Source: Patescibacteria group bacterium
GTDB taxonomy: Bacteria > Patescibacteriota > Minisyncoccia > Phycocordibacterales > 21-14-all-36-13
Direction of reading: 5' to 3'
Length of the DNA stretch: 50,912 nucleotides
Assembly: GCA_038065915.1 (NCBI GenBank)
Contig: JBBTPZ010000002.1
Location: forward strand, 18,714 to 69,625
Under the pieces are notes generated by a model. That model had not been told where the DNA came from. It searched no databases and saw only the letters and a program-made list of their open reading frames with translations. Positions 25,331-34,201 of this stretch are shown piece after piece. Numbering within the stretch: the first letter of the stretch is position 1; every line of letters begins with the position of its first letter. The translations under genes were made by a program, and so were the position numbers.

Positions 25331-26096
25331 AGATTCTCACCGATGTTTCTGGAGTCCTATAAAATACTGACTCATAGCTTATAATTTTACCATCTTCCGT
25401 CCCTACCCATGGCACATCTTTGTGAGAATAGTCACTTAATTCCATTGCAGATTTATCAGAAAGTCTAAAAAGAACATCATCAATATGTTTTATTTCTTGA
25501 GCATTTAAAATAGAAATATTAGATTGTCTACGAGGTAAATATTTCGTTTGTTCATGTAAAAAGTATTTACTTTTTACTGTTTCTAATTCCCCTTTTGATT
25601 CTAAACTTTCAACGATTTTTTTAAATTCCACGGGGGTTGGGCCAAAATGATTTTTTATATATGTTGCCCCAAGTAATTGTTCTTCAAATTTTTCGTAATA
25701 ATCAAAATCAATAAAATAAAGGAGTTTATATAAAACCGTCATTCCAACATTTGGTTTACTGCCAACTTTTTCTAATATATACAATAATACTTCTTTAAAT
25801 TTTTTAAGATTTTTTTGTGGTATATCAATACGAATTTCTTGCACTTCCTTTCTTTTTTTTTCTTTCTTAAAAAAAATTTTTATTTCAGAATTTTTTTTAC
25901 CAGCAATTAGTGCTTCAAGAGAAAGATTAAAAATTTCAGCAATTTTTTGAGCCTGTGAAAGAGTTAGTTCTTTTGTTCCCTTCTCAATTTCAATATAACT
26001 AGCTCGAGAAACACATATCTTTTGAGCCATAAAGGCCTGAGAAAGATTATTGATTTTTCTCAATTCTAATAGAAATGTATGTTTAATCATATTCAT
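25317..26096 (-). CDS. XRE-family HTH fused to a DUF4065 (Panacea/SocA-like) antitoxin domain
   Basis: HTH: LSQAFMAQKICVSRASYIEIEKGTKELTLSQAQKIAEIF. DUF4065-like: VLYKLLYFIDFDYYEKFEEQLLGATYIKNHFGPTPVEF. The start is ATG 26096 or 26090; the ORF-track start at 26162 is a TTG. Confidence 0.8.
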   Translation of the reverse strand: MNMIKHTFLLELRKINNLSQAFMAQKICVSRASYIEIEKGTKELTLSQAQKIAEIFNLSLEALIAGKKNSEIKIFFKKEKKRKEVQEIRIDIPQKNLKKFKEVLLYILEKVGSKPNVGMTVLYKLLYFIDFDYYEKFEEQLLGATYIKNHFGPTPVEFKKIVESLESKGELETVKSKYFLHEQTKYLPRRQSNISILNAQEIKHIDDVLFRLSDKSAMELSDYSHKDVPWVGTEDGKIISYESVFYRTPETSVRIYGED

Positions 26097-26098
26097 AT

Positions 26099-26126
26099 AG
26101 TATAGTCGTAAAAAATCATATGTCAA
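26099..26126 (-). promoter_or_regulatory. leaderless-type promoter TTGACA-N16-TATACT
   Basis: TGTCAA at 26121-26126 and AGTATA at 26099-26104 on the + strand. ATGs lie 2 and 8 nt downstream. Confidence 0.55.
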
Positions 26127-26206
26127 TATTTTAGACAAACCAAATGTGGATAAACTTGACAAGCAAAAATTGAAAATAAAACAATCGTCATTTTTCTTGT
26201 TTTTTT

Positions 26207-26238
26207 GTCCCCCTGTGGGAGATCTCCCGTAGGGGGAC
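26207..26238. repeat. GGGAGATCTCCC-module hairpin (family D module)
   Basis: GTCCCCCTGTGGGAGATCTCCCGTAGGGGGAC, between the dnaJ stop and the TA promoter. Confidence 0.8.
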
Positions 26239-26258
26239 TTTATTATTGTTTTCTTGAT

Positions 26259-27356
26259 TTAGATTCCCTCTTTCTTTAATTCATCTAGTAGTTCCTTGGC
26301 TTTTTTAGAAAGTTTTTTAGGCATTATGATTTTTACTTTCACAAGTAAATCACCTCTCTTATTTTTATTAATAACAACTCCCTTCTCTTTTACGCGCAAA
26401 AAATCTCCGTGGTTCACACCGGTTGGAATTTCAATTGTTATTATTCCATCCAAGGTTTTTAATTTATATTCGGCACCCGTGATTGCGTCTGTAAGTTTTA
26501 CATCTAAGTCGGTGAATATATTATTTCCTTCTTTTCTGAAATTAGAATCTTTTTTAACATGAATTTTAATATATAAATCCCCCGCAATTCCATCTTTTAT
26601 AACTTCGCCAGTGCCTGTTTGTCTTATCATTTCTCCATCTTCAATTCCTAGTGGAATTTTTATGTTTATTTCTTCTTGTTTTTCTATAACCCCAAATCCA
26701 GAACATTTACCGCATTTTTCTTTTGGTATTTTGCCTTTTCCAGCACATTCATTGCATACAACAGTGTGAGTTATTGTTCCAAAAATTGACCTTTTTGATT
26801 CATGTATCTTACCAGAGCCATTACATACAGAACATATTTTCATTTCTGTTCCCTTTTTCGCTCCATCACCCCTACATTCTTCACATAAGATTTTCTTTTT
26901 CACTAAAATTTTTCTGTCTACACCAAAAATAGATTCTGAAAATGAAATTTCAATATCAATAGAAATATCCCTACCTCTTCTTTTTTGAGAAGTTCTAATT
27001 CCGCCTCCAAAAAATTCACTAAATATGTCTCCCAAATCAAAATCCTGAAAACCAGAAGCTTCATTATTAAAATTAGAAAAACCGGAAAAATCGAACCCGC
27101 CAAATCCGCTTTGGGAAGAAAATCCACTCGTGTCATATCCACCAGAAGCGCCACTAAATGTTCTTCCGTATGTGTCATATTCCGCTTTTTTCTTATCGTC
27201 TGATAAGGTAGAATATGCCTCGTTTATTTCTTTGAATTTTTTTTCATCCCCACCTTTTTTGTCTGGATGATATTTATGCGCCAACTTTCTATAGGCCTTT
27301 TTTATTTCATCTTTTGAAGCCCTTTTATCAACTTCTAATATTTTGTAGTAATCCAT
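26259..27356 (-). CDS. dnaJ: chaperone DnaJ
   Basis: [14 protein letters not shown] domain, G/F region and four CxxCxGxG zinc motifs. The ORF-track N-terminal 10 aa are discarded. Confidence 0.95.
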   Translation of the reverse strand: MDYYKILEVDKRASKDEIKKAYRKLAHKYHPDKKGGDEKKFKEINEAYSTLSDDKKKAEYDTYGRTFSGASGGYDTSGFSSQSGFGGFDFSGFSNFNNEASGFQDFDLGDIFSEFFGGGIRTSQKRRGRDISIDIEISFSESIFGVDRKILVKKKILCEECRGDGAKKGTEMKICSVCNGSGKIHESKRSIFGTITHTVVCNECAGKGKIPKEKCGKCSGFGVIEKQEEINIKIPLGIEDGEMIRQTGTGEVIKDGIAGDLYIKIHVKKDSNFRKEGNNIFTDLDVKLTDAITGAEYKLKTLDGIITIEIPTGVNHGDFLRVKEKGVVINKNKRGDLLVKVKIIMPKKLSKKAKELLDELKKEGI

Positions 27357-27442
27357 AACATTTTTTATTAAAAAATGAAATAACAAATCACAAATTACAA
27401 ATCACAAACAATATCCAAATTCCAATTACCAAAATCCGAAAC

Positions 27443-27482
27443 ATTATGGATTCAAACGCTCATTAAGAGCGTTTGAATTATG
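27443..27482. repeat. family B hairpin
   Basis: ATTATGGATTCAAACGCTC-ATTAA-GAGCGTTTGAATTATG. Confidence 0.85.
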
Positions 27483-27483
27483 A

Positions 27484-27514
27484 ATGAAAATTGTCGCTAA
27501 ACGACAATTTTCAT
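27484..27514. repeat. family C hairpin
   Basis: ATGAAAATTGTCGCTAAACGACAATTTTCAT. The right arm contains the dnaK TGA stop. Confidence 0.85.
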
Positions 27515-29385
27515 TTAGTTTCCGCGTCGTGTATCGTTCCATCATCTTCTTTTTTTCCTTCTTCTGGCTTTGTTTGTGTTTGCGCATTTTTTTGAATTTC
27601 TTCTCCTATTTTAGACATCTCGGAAGATAGTTCTTCTGTTGCCTTTTTAATCTCATCCACTTCATTCCTATCTTTTATTTTTTTAGCATTATCAATTTTT
27701 TCCTGTAAGTTTTTCTTTAAATCATCTGAAATTTTATCAGAATTTTCAGACAATGACCTTTCTGCGGTATAAACAACTTGGTCTAAAAAATTTCTTGCAT
27801 CCATTAATTCTTTTTTCTTTTTGTCTTCTTCTTCGTGTAATTCAGCATCTTTTTGCATCTTTTTTATATCATCTTCAGACAATCCGGATGTTGCTTCTAT
27901 TTTTATTGATTGTTCTTTTCCTGTTGATTTATCTTTTGCTTTCACATTGAGAATTCCGTTTGCATCTATATCAAAAGTAACCTCAATCTGCGGCATTCCT
28001 CTTCTTGAAGGAGGTATTCCATCCAAAACAAATCTGCCCAAACTTTTGTTGTCATTTGCCATAGGTCTTTCTCCTTGGACAACATGAATTTCAACGGATG
28101 TTTGATTGTCAGCAGCGGTAGAAAAAACTTGTGATTTTGATGTAGGTATTGTTGTATTTCTTTCAATTAATTTAGTTGCAACACTACCAAGAGTTTCTAT
28201 ACCAAAAGATAGTGGAATTACATCAAGAAGTAAAACATCTTTTACATCGCCTCTTAAAATTCCAGCTTGAACAGCAGCACCCAAAGCAACCACTTCATCC
28301 GGGTTAATTGACTTGTTTGGTTCTTTCCCGAATAAGTTCTTTACGGCTTTTTGAATCGCAGGCATCCTTGTCTGTCCGCCAACAAGAACTACTTCATCTA
28401 TATCAGAAATTTTAAATGGGGATGCTTCCATGGCTCTTTTTGTTATTTCAATTGATTTATCAATATATTCTTTAACTAAATCTTCAAGCTTTGCTCTTGA
28501 AAATTTCATTAATAAATGTTTGGGACCATCGGCATCTGATGTTATAAAAGGTATATTTATTTCTGTTTCGGTAGAACTGGACAATTCGTGTTTTGCTTTT
28601 TCAGCCGCTTCGTCCAATCTTTGTAGCGCCAAAGAATCTTTTGTAATATCTATGCCACTTTCTTTTTTAAATTCACTAGCAATCCATTTTATTATTTTTT
28701 GGTCTATATCTTTTCCGCCCATATGACTATCGCCGTCTGTTGATTTAACTTCAACCACATCATCTCCCACTTCAAGAACGGAAATGTCAAATGTTCCGCC
28801 ACCAAAATCAAAAACTACTATTTGTTCATTTTTCTTTTTATTAAAACCATAAGCCAGAGCGGCTGCGGTCGGTTCATTTATAATTCTTTTTACATCCAGC
28901 CCGGCTATTTTACCGGCATCTTTTGTCGCCTTTCTTTGTGAATCATTAAAATACGCGGGAACAGTAATAACGGCCTCTGTTATTTTTTCTCCTGTTTTTG
29001 CCTCCGCGTCGGTCTTTATTTTTTGAAGTATTATTGCAGAAATTTCTTCCGGTCTATATTTTTTATCCCCGAGTGTAATTAAAACTCCACTGTCATTTCC
29101 TTTGGTTATTTCGTAGGGGACAATTTCTTTATCTTTTTGGACTTCCTTATCGTCAAAACGATGTCCCATAAATCTTTTTATTCCAAAAACCGTATTTTTA
29201 GGGTTAGTAACCGCCTGTCTTTTGGCAGAAATTCCAACAATTCTTTCGCCAACTTTCGATAAAGCAACAATAGACGGTGTGGTTCTAGCCCCGTCAGAAT
29301 TTTCTAAAATTTTTGGTTCTCCGCCCTCAATAACGGCAAAAGCTGAATTTGTCGTTCCTAAATCAATTCCTAAAATTTTGCTCAT
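27511..29385 (-). CDS. dnaK: chaperone DnaK (Hsp70)
   Basis: [17 protein letters not shown] and [10 protein letters not shown] motifs; 624 aa. Confidence 0.98.
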   Translation of the reverse strand: MSKILGIDLGTTNSAFAVIEGGEPKILENSDGARTTPSIVALSKVGERIVGISAKRQAVTNPKNTVFGIKRFMGHRFDDKEVQKDKEIVPYEITKGNDSGVLITLGDKKYRPEEISAIILQKIKTDAEAKTGEKITEAVITVPAYFNDSQRKATKDAGKIAGLDVKRIINEPTAAALAYGFNKKKNEQIVVFDFGGGTFDISVLEVGDDVVEVKSTDGDSHMGGKDIDQKIIKWIASEFKKESGIDITKDSLALQRLDEAAEKAKHELSSSTETEINIPFITSDADGPKHLLMKFSRAKLEDLVKEYIDKSIEITKRAMEASPFKISDIDEVVLVGGQTRMPAIQKAVKNLFGKEPNKSINPDEVVALGAAVQAGILRGDVKDVLLLDVIPLSFGIETLGSVATKLIERNTTIPTSKSQVFSTAADNQTSVEIHVVQGERPMANDNKSLGRFVLDGIPPSRRGMPQIEVTFDIDANGILNVKAKDKSTGKEQSIKIEATSGLSEDDIKKMQKDAELHEEEDKKKKELMDARNFLDQVVYTAERSLSENSDKISDDLKKNLQEKIDNAKKIKDRNEVDEIKKATEELSSEMSKIGEEIQKNAQTQTKPEEGKKEDDGTIHDAETK

Positions 29386-29398
29386 ATTTTTTTATTTA

Positions 29399-29521
29399 CC
29401 CGCACACTAACTTTTGTTTTAAATAATTTGGTATGCGATTTTTTAATTATTATCTAATAAAAATTTATCTTTAATTTGACCAATCCTTTTATGCAACACA
29501 AAACAAAAGTTAGTGTGCGGG
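29399..29521. repeat. perfect 22-bp inverted repeat separated by 79 nt
   Basis: CCCGCACACTAACTTTTGTTTT (29399-29420) and its exact complement (29500-29521). The right arm encodes the grpE tail ..DTPAH*. Confidence 0.9.
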
Positions 29522-30109
29522 TGTATCTTTATAAATACCAATTTTAACCTTTGCCGGCCTTATGTTTTTACCATTCAAACTGTATCCCTTTTGTAAAACT
29601 TCTAAAATTATATGATCATTTTTTTCGTCGTCAACATCTATTGAGCCAGTCGAGATATGAAATACTGGATTGAATTTTTCTTTTATTGGGTTAATTACTT
29701 TTACACCAAAATTTTTTAATGTATTTAATAACTGATTATATATATATTCTACTCCTCTTCTCCAATTTTCATCAACTTTTTCCCACTGATTTTTATTTGA
29801 AAAAGCCATATCAAAACTATCCAAGACATTTATTATCTCTAATATTAAATTCTCGTTAGCAAATAATATGATATCTTTTTTTGAAAGCTCTACACCTCTT
29901 TTAAAATTTATTAACTCTGCTTTTGACCTTTGCCATCCGTCTAAATATTCTTTCTTGATTTTTTCACAATCTTTTAATTTTTCTTTTATTTTTCTTATTT
30001 TATTGTCTATAGATTCTTCCATTTCTTCAATTTCAACATTTTCATTTTCTTCTTTTGGATTATTTTCATTATCTTCAGGCATACGAATTATTTTATCTTT
30101 TTTAAACAT
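29510..30109 (-). CDS. grpE: nucleotide exchange factor GrpE
   Basis: Acidic N-terminus, coiled coil, and C-terminal GYSLNGKNIRPAKV. Operon order grpE-dnaK-dnaJ. Confidence 0.93.
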   Translation of the reverse strand: MFKKDKIIRMPEDNENNPKEENENVEIEEMEESIDNKIRKIKEKLKDCEKIKKEYLDGWQRSKAELINFKRGVELSKKDIILFANENLILEIINVLDSFDMAFSNKNQWEKVDENWRRGVEYIYNQLLNTLKNFGVKVINPIKEKFNPVFHISTGSIDVDDEKNDHIILEVLQKGYSLNGKNIRPAKVKIGIYKDTPAH

Positions 30110-30158
30110 ATTTTTAGTTTGTTTTTTGAAAATATATTATTGACTCAAAAACTCTACT

Positions 30159-30310
30159 GGAGCATAACACAAAAAAAATAATTATGGATTCAAATGCTCC
30201 CATGGAGCATAACACAAAAAAAATAATTATGGATTCAAATGCTCCCATGGAGCATAACACAAAAAAAATAATTATGGATTCAAATGCTCCCATGGAGCAT
30301 TTGAATTATG
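30159..30310. repeat. tandem repeat, 45-bp unit x3 plus a terminal complete family B hairpin
   Basis: Units GGAGCATAACACAAAAAAAATAATTATGGATTCAAATGCTCCCAT at 30159, 30204 and 30249. No spacers. Confidence 0.9.
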
Positions 30311-30311
30311 G

Positions 30312-30342
30312 ATGAAAATTGTCGCTTGACGACATTTTTCAT
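30312..30342. repeat. family C hairpin
   Basis: ATGAAAATTGTCGCTTGACGACATTTTTCAT, directly after the rpsI stop. Confidence 0.85.
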
Positions 30343-30807
30343 TTATCTCTTACTCCATTGAGCAGCTTTTCTAGCTTTTTTCAAACCGAATTTTCTTCTT
30401 TCTTTTGCTCTTGAATCGCGTTTCAAAAATCCCGCTTTTTTTAATTTTTTCTTATATTCCTCATTTAAAGTAGACAAAATTCTTGATAAACCGTGTCTCA
30501 CAGCTTCTGCCTGTGATGAAGTTCCACCACCTTTTACTTTTACAGAGAAAGAAAATTTTTCTTTCGGTTTTACTTTCAAAAGTGGATCTCTAACTGTATT
30601 TTGTAATTTACCTGTCTTAAAATAATCTTCCAATTTTAAATCATTAACAACAAATTCATTTTTTGCTTTCGCGTTTTCCGTTGCTCTAACAATAGCGACT
30701 GAAGTTTTTCTTCTCCCTATTTCTTGAAAAAATTTCTTTTTTATTTGTCCCAAAGTTGATTTAGGAATTTTTGTTGTTTCTTTTACCTTTTTTGTTTCTT
30801 TTATCAT
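30343..30807 (-). CDS. rpsI: 30S ribosomal protein S9 (N-terminally extended)
   Basis: GGGTSSQAEAVRHG..KKARKAAQWSKR. Confidence 0.95.
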   Translation of the reverse strand: MIKETKKVKETTKIPKSTLGQIKKKFFQEIGRRKTSVAIVRATENAKAKNEFVVNDLKLEDYFKTGKLQNTVRDPLLKVKPKEKFSFSVKVKGGGTSSQAEAVRHGLSRILSTLNEEYKKKLKKAGFLKRDSRAKERRKFGLKKARKAAQWSKR

Positions 30808-30814
30808 AATTTTA

Positions 30815-31162
30815 TTATTCGGATATTTTTAATTTTTTCATCATATCAGGCCTAAGTCTATTGTTTGGTAACATACTACGAACAGCTTTTTTAATTAATT
30901 CTGCGTTACCTTTTTCTTTTATCACTTTTTCTGCGCTTTCTTTTCTAAGCCCCCCGGGATAACCGGAAAAATGAGGATATCTTTTATTACTAATTTTTTT
31001 AGGGTCTAATTTCATTTTTGATGCATTTATGACGGCTACAGCAACATCAGAAACAATATTTTTTTTATAATTTCTTAAATTTTTTCCCATTAATAAAACA
31101 GCCAGTTTGCTAGCCAACCTTCCTAATTTTTTATCTTTTGCATCAATTGTATAAACTTCCAT
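30815..31162 (-). CDS. rplM: 50S ribosomal protein L13 (short form)
   Basis: KLGRLASKLAVLLMGK and SGYPGGL. Confidence 0.93.
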   Translation of the reverse strand: MEVYTIDAKDKKLGRLASKLAVLLMGKNLRNYKKNIVSDVAVAVINASKMKLDPKKISNKRYPHFSGYPGGLRKESAEKVIKEKGNAELIKKAVRSMLPNNRLRPDMMKKLKISE

Positions 31163-31176
31163 AATTTTTAAATAAA

Positions 31177-31527
31177 TTAAACAAATTCTATTATAGCCAT
31201 TGAGCTGGAATCAGCGGCTCTTTTTGATAATTTTGTAATTCTTGTATAACCACCTTTTCTATCTTTATATTTTGGCGCTATCTCTTCAATAAGTTTTTTT
31301 GATAAATCTTCTCTTCCCAATCTAGAAATTATTAATTTTTTTGAAGTTAAAGTTTTACTTTTTCCTCTCGTAACCAATTTTTCTATAAAAGGTCTCAATT
31401 CTTTTGCTTTCGTTTCTGTTGTTTTAATTTTTCCATTTTTTATTAAAGACAAAGATAAAGATTTTATCAAAGCTTTTCTTTGATTTGTTGTTCGGCCAAA
31501 TTTTCTATTTTTATTATGATGTCTCAT
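31177..31527 (-). CDS. rplQ: 50S ribosomal protein L17
   Basis: MRHHNKNRKFGRTTNQRKAL. Confidence 0.95.
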   Translation of the reverse strand: MRHHNKNRKFGRTTNQRKALIKSLSLSLIKNGKIKTTETKAKELRPFIEKLVTRGKSKTLTSKKLIISRLGREDLSKKLIEEIAPKYKDRKGGYTRITKLSKRAADSSSMAIIEFV

Positions 31528-31549
31528 CGTTTTGTTTTTTTAAAAAAAC

Positions 31550-31645
31550 ATTATGGATTTAAATGCTCAGAATAGGATTAAAATCTGACACGGTTCTTTA
31601 AAATCTCATTTAGAGATTTTAAAGTTAGAGCATTTAAATTTAATG
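31550..31645. repeat. family B variant with a nested inner hairpin
   Basis: ATTATGGATTTAAATGCTC..GAGCATTTAAATTTAATG enclosing TTAAAATCTC-ATTTA-GAGATTTTAA. Confidence 0.75.
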
Positions 31646-31663
31646 ATTATTTTTTTGTCTGTT

Positions 31664-31688
31664 GCCATTTTCTACTACGGAATCTCAT
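31664..31688. repeat. solo family E right arm (GCCATTTTCTACTACGGAATCTCAT)
   Basis: Adjacent to the rpoA stop. No partner arm nearby. Confidence 0.6.
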
Positions 31689-31689
31689 C

Positions 31690-32673
31690 TTAGTTCGTTT
31701 TCAAAGAAATGTTATTGTTTTTCAAAAGTTTTTTTATTTCATCAAGTCCTTTTTTACCAAGTCCTTCAATTTCTAATATGTCCTCTTCCTTTTTTCTTGT
31801 TAAACCACCAACGGTTCTTATACTTGCATTTTTAAGTGCATTTTCTGTTCTAACAGAAAGACCGAGTGATTCTATTCTTGTTTTGAAAAATTCTTTATCT
31901 GTTGAACCATCGTTCGAAGATTCTTTTTCATCACCAGTTTCTTTTTCTGTAGAACTCTTATTCTCTATGGACTCTTCCTCTTCTTCTTGAAAACCAACAA
32001 TTGCCTTTAATTGTTTTATCATTATTCCTATTGATTTTTCAAAAACTTCCCTCGGAGTCATAGTGCCGTCTGTTTCTATGAACATTCTCAATCTGTTGAA
32101 GTTCGTTCTTTCTCCAACACGCATATCATCAACTTCATAATTTACTCTTCTTATTGGACTAAATATTGCATCAAGAGATATTGCTCCTATGTCTACTCTG
32201 TCTTTTTCTATTGTTTCCTTTGGAATATAGCCGAGACCTCTTTGAACTCTCATCTCTATATTTAATGATGCGTTTTTATTTGTTGTATGTGCGATTATAA
32301 GGTCTGGATTTAATATTTCTATTTGACCAGGAACTTCTATGTCTCCGGCTTTTACTTCTTTGTCTCCCCTTGCTTTTAGATACATTGTTTGTGGTTCTTC
32401 CGTGTCCATTTTTATTCTTATCTTTTTTAGATTAAGAAGTATATTTATAACATCCTCTCTAACTCCATCTATTGCGGTAAATTCATGGTCGGCACCGTCT
32501 ATTTTGACAGATACAATTGCAGCACCCGGCAAAGAAGATAAAATGATACGTCTAAGAGAGTTCCCGAGGGTATGACCATAACCGGGATACAAACCTTCTA
32601 TCTCATATATGCCTTCAAAGCTTTCTTCCTTTATAACTTTTGGCTGTGATGGTAAGACAATATCGTAATCCAT
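31690..32673 (-). CDS. rpoA: RNA polymerase alpha subunit
   Basis: GYGHTLGNSLRRIILSS. Acidic, serine-rich linker before the C-terminal domain. Confidence 0.95.
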   Translation of the reverse strand: MDYDIVLPSQPKVIKEESFEGIYEIEGLYPGYGHTLGNSLRRIILSSLPGAAIVSVKIDGADHEFTAIDGVREDVINILLNLKKIRIKMDTEEPQTMYLKARGDKEVKAGDIEVPGQIEILNPDLIIAHTTNKNASLNIEMRVQRGLGYIPKETIEKDRVDIGAISLDAIFSPIRRVNYEVDDMRVGERTNFNRLRMFIETDGTMTPREVFEKSIGIMIKQLKAIVGFQEEEEESIENKSSTEKETGDEKESSNDGSTDKEFFKTRIESLGLSVRTENALKNASIRTVGGLTRKKEEDILEIEGLGKKGLDEIKKLLKNNNISLKTN

Positions 32674-32715
32674 AATTTTTATTAATTATTAATAATTATA
32701 TACTACTACTAAACT

Positions 32716-33342
32716 TTAACGATTATAAAATTCTACGACTGACTGCAAATCAAATAATAAATCTGTAGGATTATAAACCGGGGCATTCTTTAAAATTCCT
32801 TCCTTGTTTTTTAAATTGAAAGAAATCCAAGATGGTATATTTGGCATATTCATCACCTCTTTATCAAGATTAACAAATAAACCATTATTTTTCTTTTCAT
32901 TTTTTATTGAAATTTTATCACCAACCCCAACATTATAAGATGGAATTGATAATCTTTTGCCATTTACAGTTATGTGTCCGTGAGAAACTATTTGTCTTGC
33001 CATTCTTCTTGTTTTAGCGAATCCAAGACGATAAACAACATTATCTAATCTGCTTTCTAAAAATTTAAAAAGTTCTTCACTTGGGGTAGATTCTTTTTTT
33101 TCTATAGATTTTTTAACGTAATTTCCAAATTGATTTTCTGAAATACCATATGTAAACCTTGCTTTTTGTTTTTCTATAAGCTGACGACCATAGTTAGTCA
33201 TCGCTCTTGGTCTTTTTTTTGATGAGGATCTTTTTGCTTTGCTTGTTTTTGATTGTGCTAAAGCAAACTTCTCTGTTTGACATTTTTCAAACACACCTGA
33301 ACCCAATCTCTTACATATTTTATATTTTGGACCTGTTATCAT
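32716..33342 (-). CDS. rpsD: 30S ribosomal protein S4
   Basis: GPKYKICKRLG and the S4 domain SHGHITVNGKR. Confidence 0.95.
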   Translation of the reverse strand: MITGPKYKICKRLGSGVFEKCQTEKFALAQSKTSKAKRSSSKKRPRAMTNYGRQLIEKQKARFTYGISENQFGNYVKKSIEKKESTPSEELFKFLESRLDNVVYRLGFAKTRRMARQIVSHGHITVNGKRLSIPSYNVGVGDKISIKNEKKNNGLFVNLDKEVMNMPNIPSWISFNLKNKEGILKNAPVYNPTDLLFDLQSVVEFYNR

Positions 33343-33429
33343 CCTGTAGTGAAAAATGACATTGCTCTAAAAGAGCATTGTTATTTTTGTTATTAATTTT
33401 GATAAATTATTTTTCATCCTGTAGTGAAA
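33340..33429. repeat. two direct copies of the family E left arm CATCCTGTAGTGAAA (33340, 33415)
   Basis: The first copy carries the rpsD start codon. The second opens a 16-codon upstream ORF on the minus strand. Confidence 0.8.
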
Positions 33430-33442
33430 TTTTGTTAATAAA

Positions 33443-33592
33443 TTAAAAATGCAAATCTCAAAATGAAAAATGGCAATGCAAAATGTTAAAGTTATTAAGC
33501 AAATTTTTTTTCAGAAAATTTACAATAAATTGATTATTCGCCAAAGGCGAATTCCACAATTTTACACTTTGATTTTTTAATTTTGCATTTTT
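33443..33592. repeat. family D composite repeat (lacks the GGGAGATCTCCC module)
   Basis: Aligns with 6560-6716. Its ends are mutually inverted. Abuts the rpsK stop. Confidence 0.8.
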
Positions 33593-33594
33593 TA

Positions 33595-34029
33595 TCATAC
33601 TCTTCTAGTTTTAGGTGGTTTCGGACCATTATGTGGAATAGAAGTTACATCTCTAACAGAATTTAATTTTATTCCTTTTGATATAAAAGCTCTTATTGCC
33701 GACTCGCGTCCTGCACCAACACCATTTACAACCGCGTCTATTTTTTTTATTCCCATAATTTTTGCTTTTTCACCAATTAATTCTCCAACTTTTGCGGCAG
33801 CAAACGGAGTTCCTTTTTTTGCACCTTTGAAACCAAGTGCTCCAGAAGAAGACCACAAAATTACATTTCCACCTAAATCAGTCAAAGTAACAAGTGTGTT
33901 GTTATAAGTTGATTTTATAGAAAGTATTGCGGACTCTATTCTTTTCTTTGGTGTTTTAGAAATAGCCCGTGATTTTGCTTCACGATCCATTGTTGAGCCA
34001 GTTTTTTTAACTATTCGTTTTTTACCCAT
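33595..34029 (-). CDS. rpsK: 30S ribosomal protein S11
   Basis: GFKGAKKGTPFAA..PHNGPKPPKTRRV. Confidence 0.95.
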   Translation of the reverse strand: MGKKRIVKKTGSTMDREAKSRAISKTPKKRIESAILSIKSTYNNTLVTLTDLGGNVILWSSSGALGFKGAKKGTPFAAAKVGELIGEKAKIMGIKKIDAVVNGVGAGRESAIRAFISKGIKLNSVRDVTSIPHNGPKPPKTRRV

Positions 34030-34070
34030 GTGATTGATTTTTAATGAGCGGAGCGAATATAAAAATCATC

Positions 34071-34166
34071 ATCCCGCCCTTTTTATGTTTTTTCTTTGTC
34101 ATTAAAATTCTATTTTTTTTGTATCTTTTCTTACCAGTCCTTAATAAATTTATAAAAGGGCGGGAT
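34071..34166. repeat. inverted repeat ATCCCGCCCTTTT / AAAAGGGCGGGAT
   Basis: Arms at 34071-34083 and 34154-34166 in the rpsM-rpsK spacer. Confidence 0.65.
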
Positions 34167-34201
34167 AAAGAAAATATATTCACTTCGTTCATTATTTTCT
34201 A

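Noticed and set aside
27511-27513. Alternative genetic code (UGA recoded, as in some CPR lineages)
   Set aside because: TGA terminates dnaK, scpB, mnmA, ftsW and rpsK at expected protein ends, and all conserved genes are intact under the standard code.
30159-30310. Possible CRISPR array (also considered for 1-100)
   Set aside because: The units are directly abutting tandem repeats with no unique spacers. No cas genes are nearby, and the units are pieces of dispersed hairpin families.
29399-30342. CIRCE/HrcA operator upstream of grpE or dnaK
   Set aside because: I found no TTAGCACTC-N9-GAGTGCTAA-like sequence. The inverted repeats present have different sequence and spacing.
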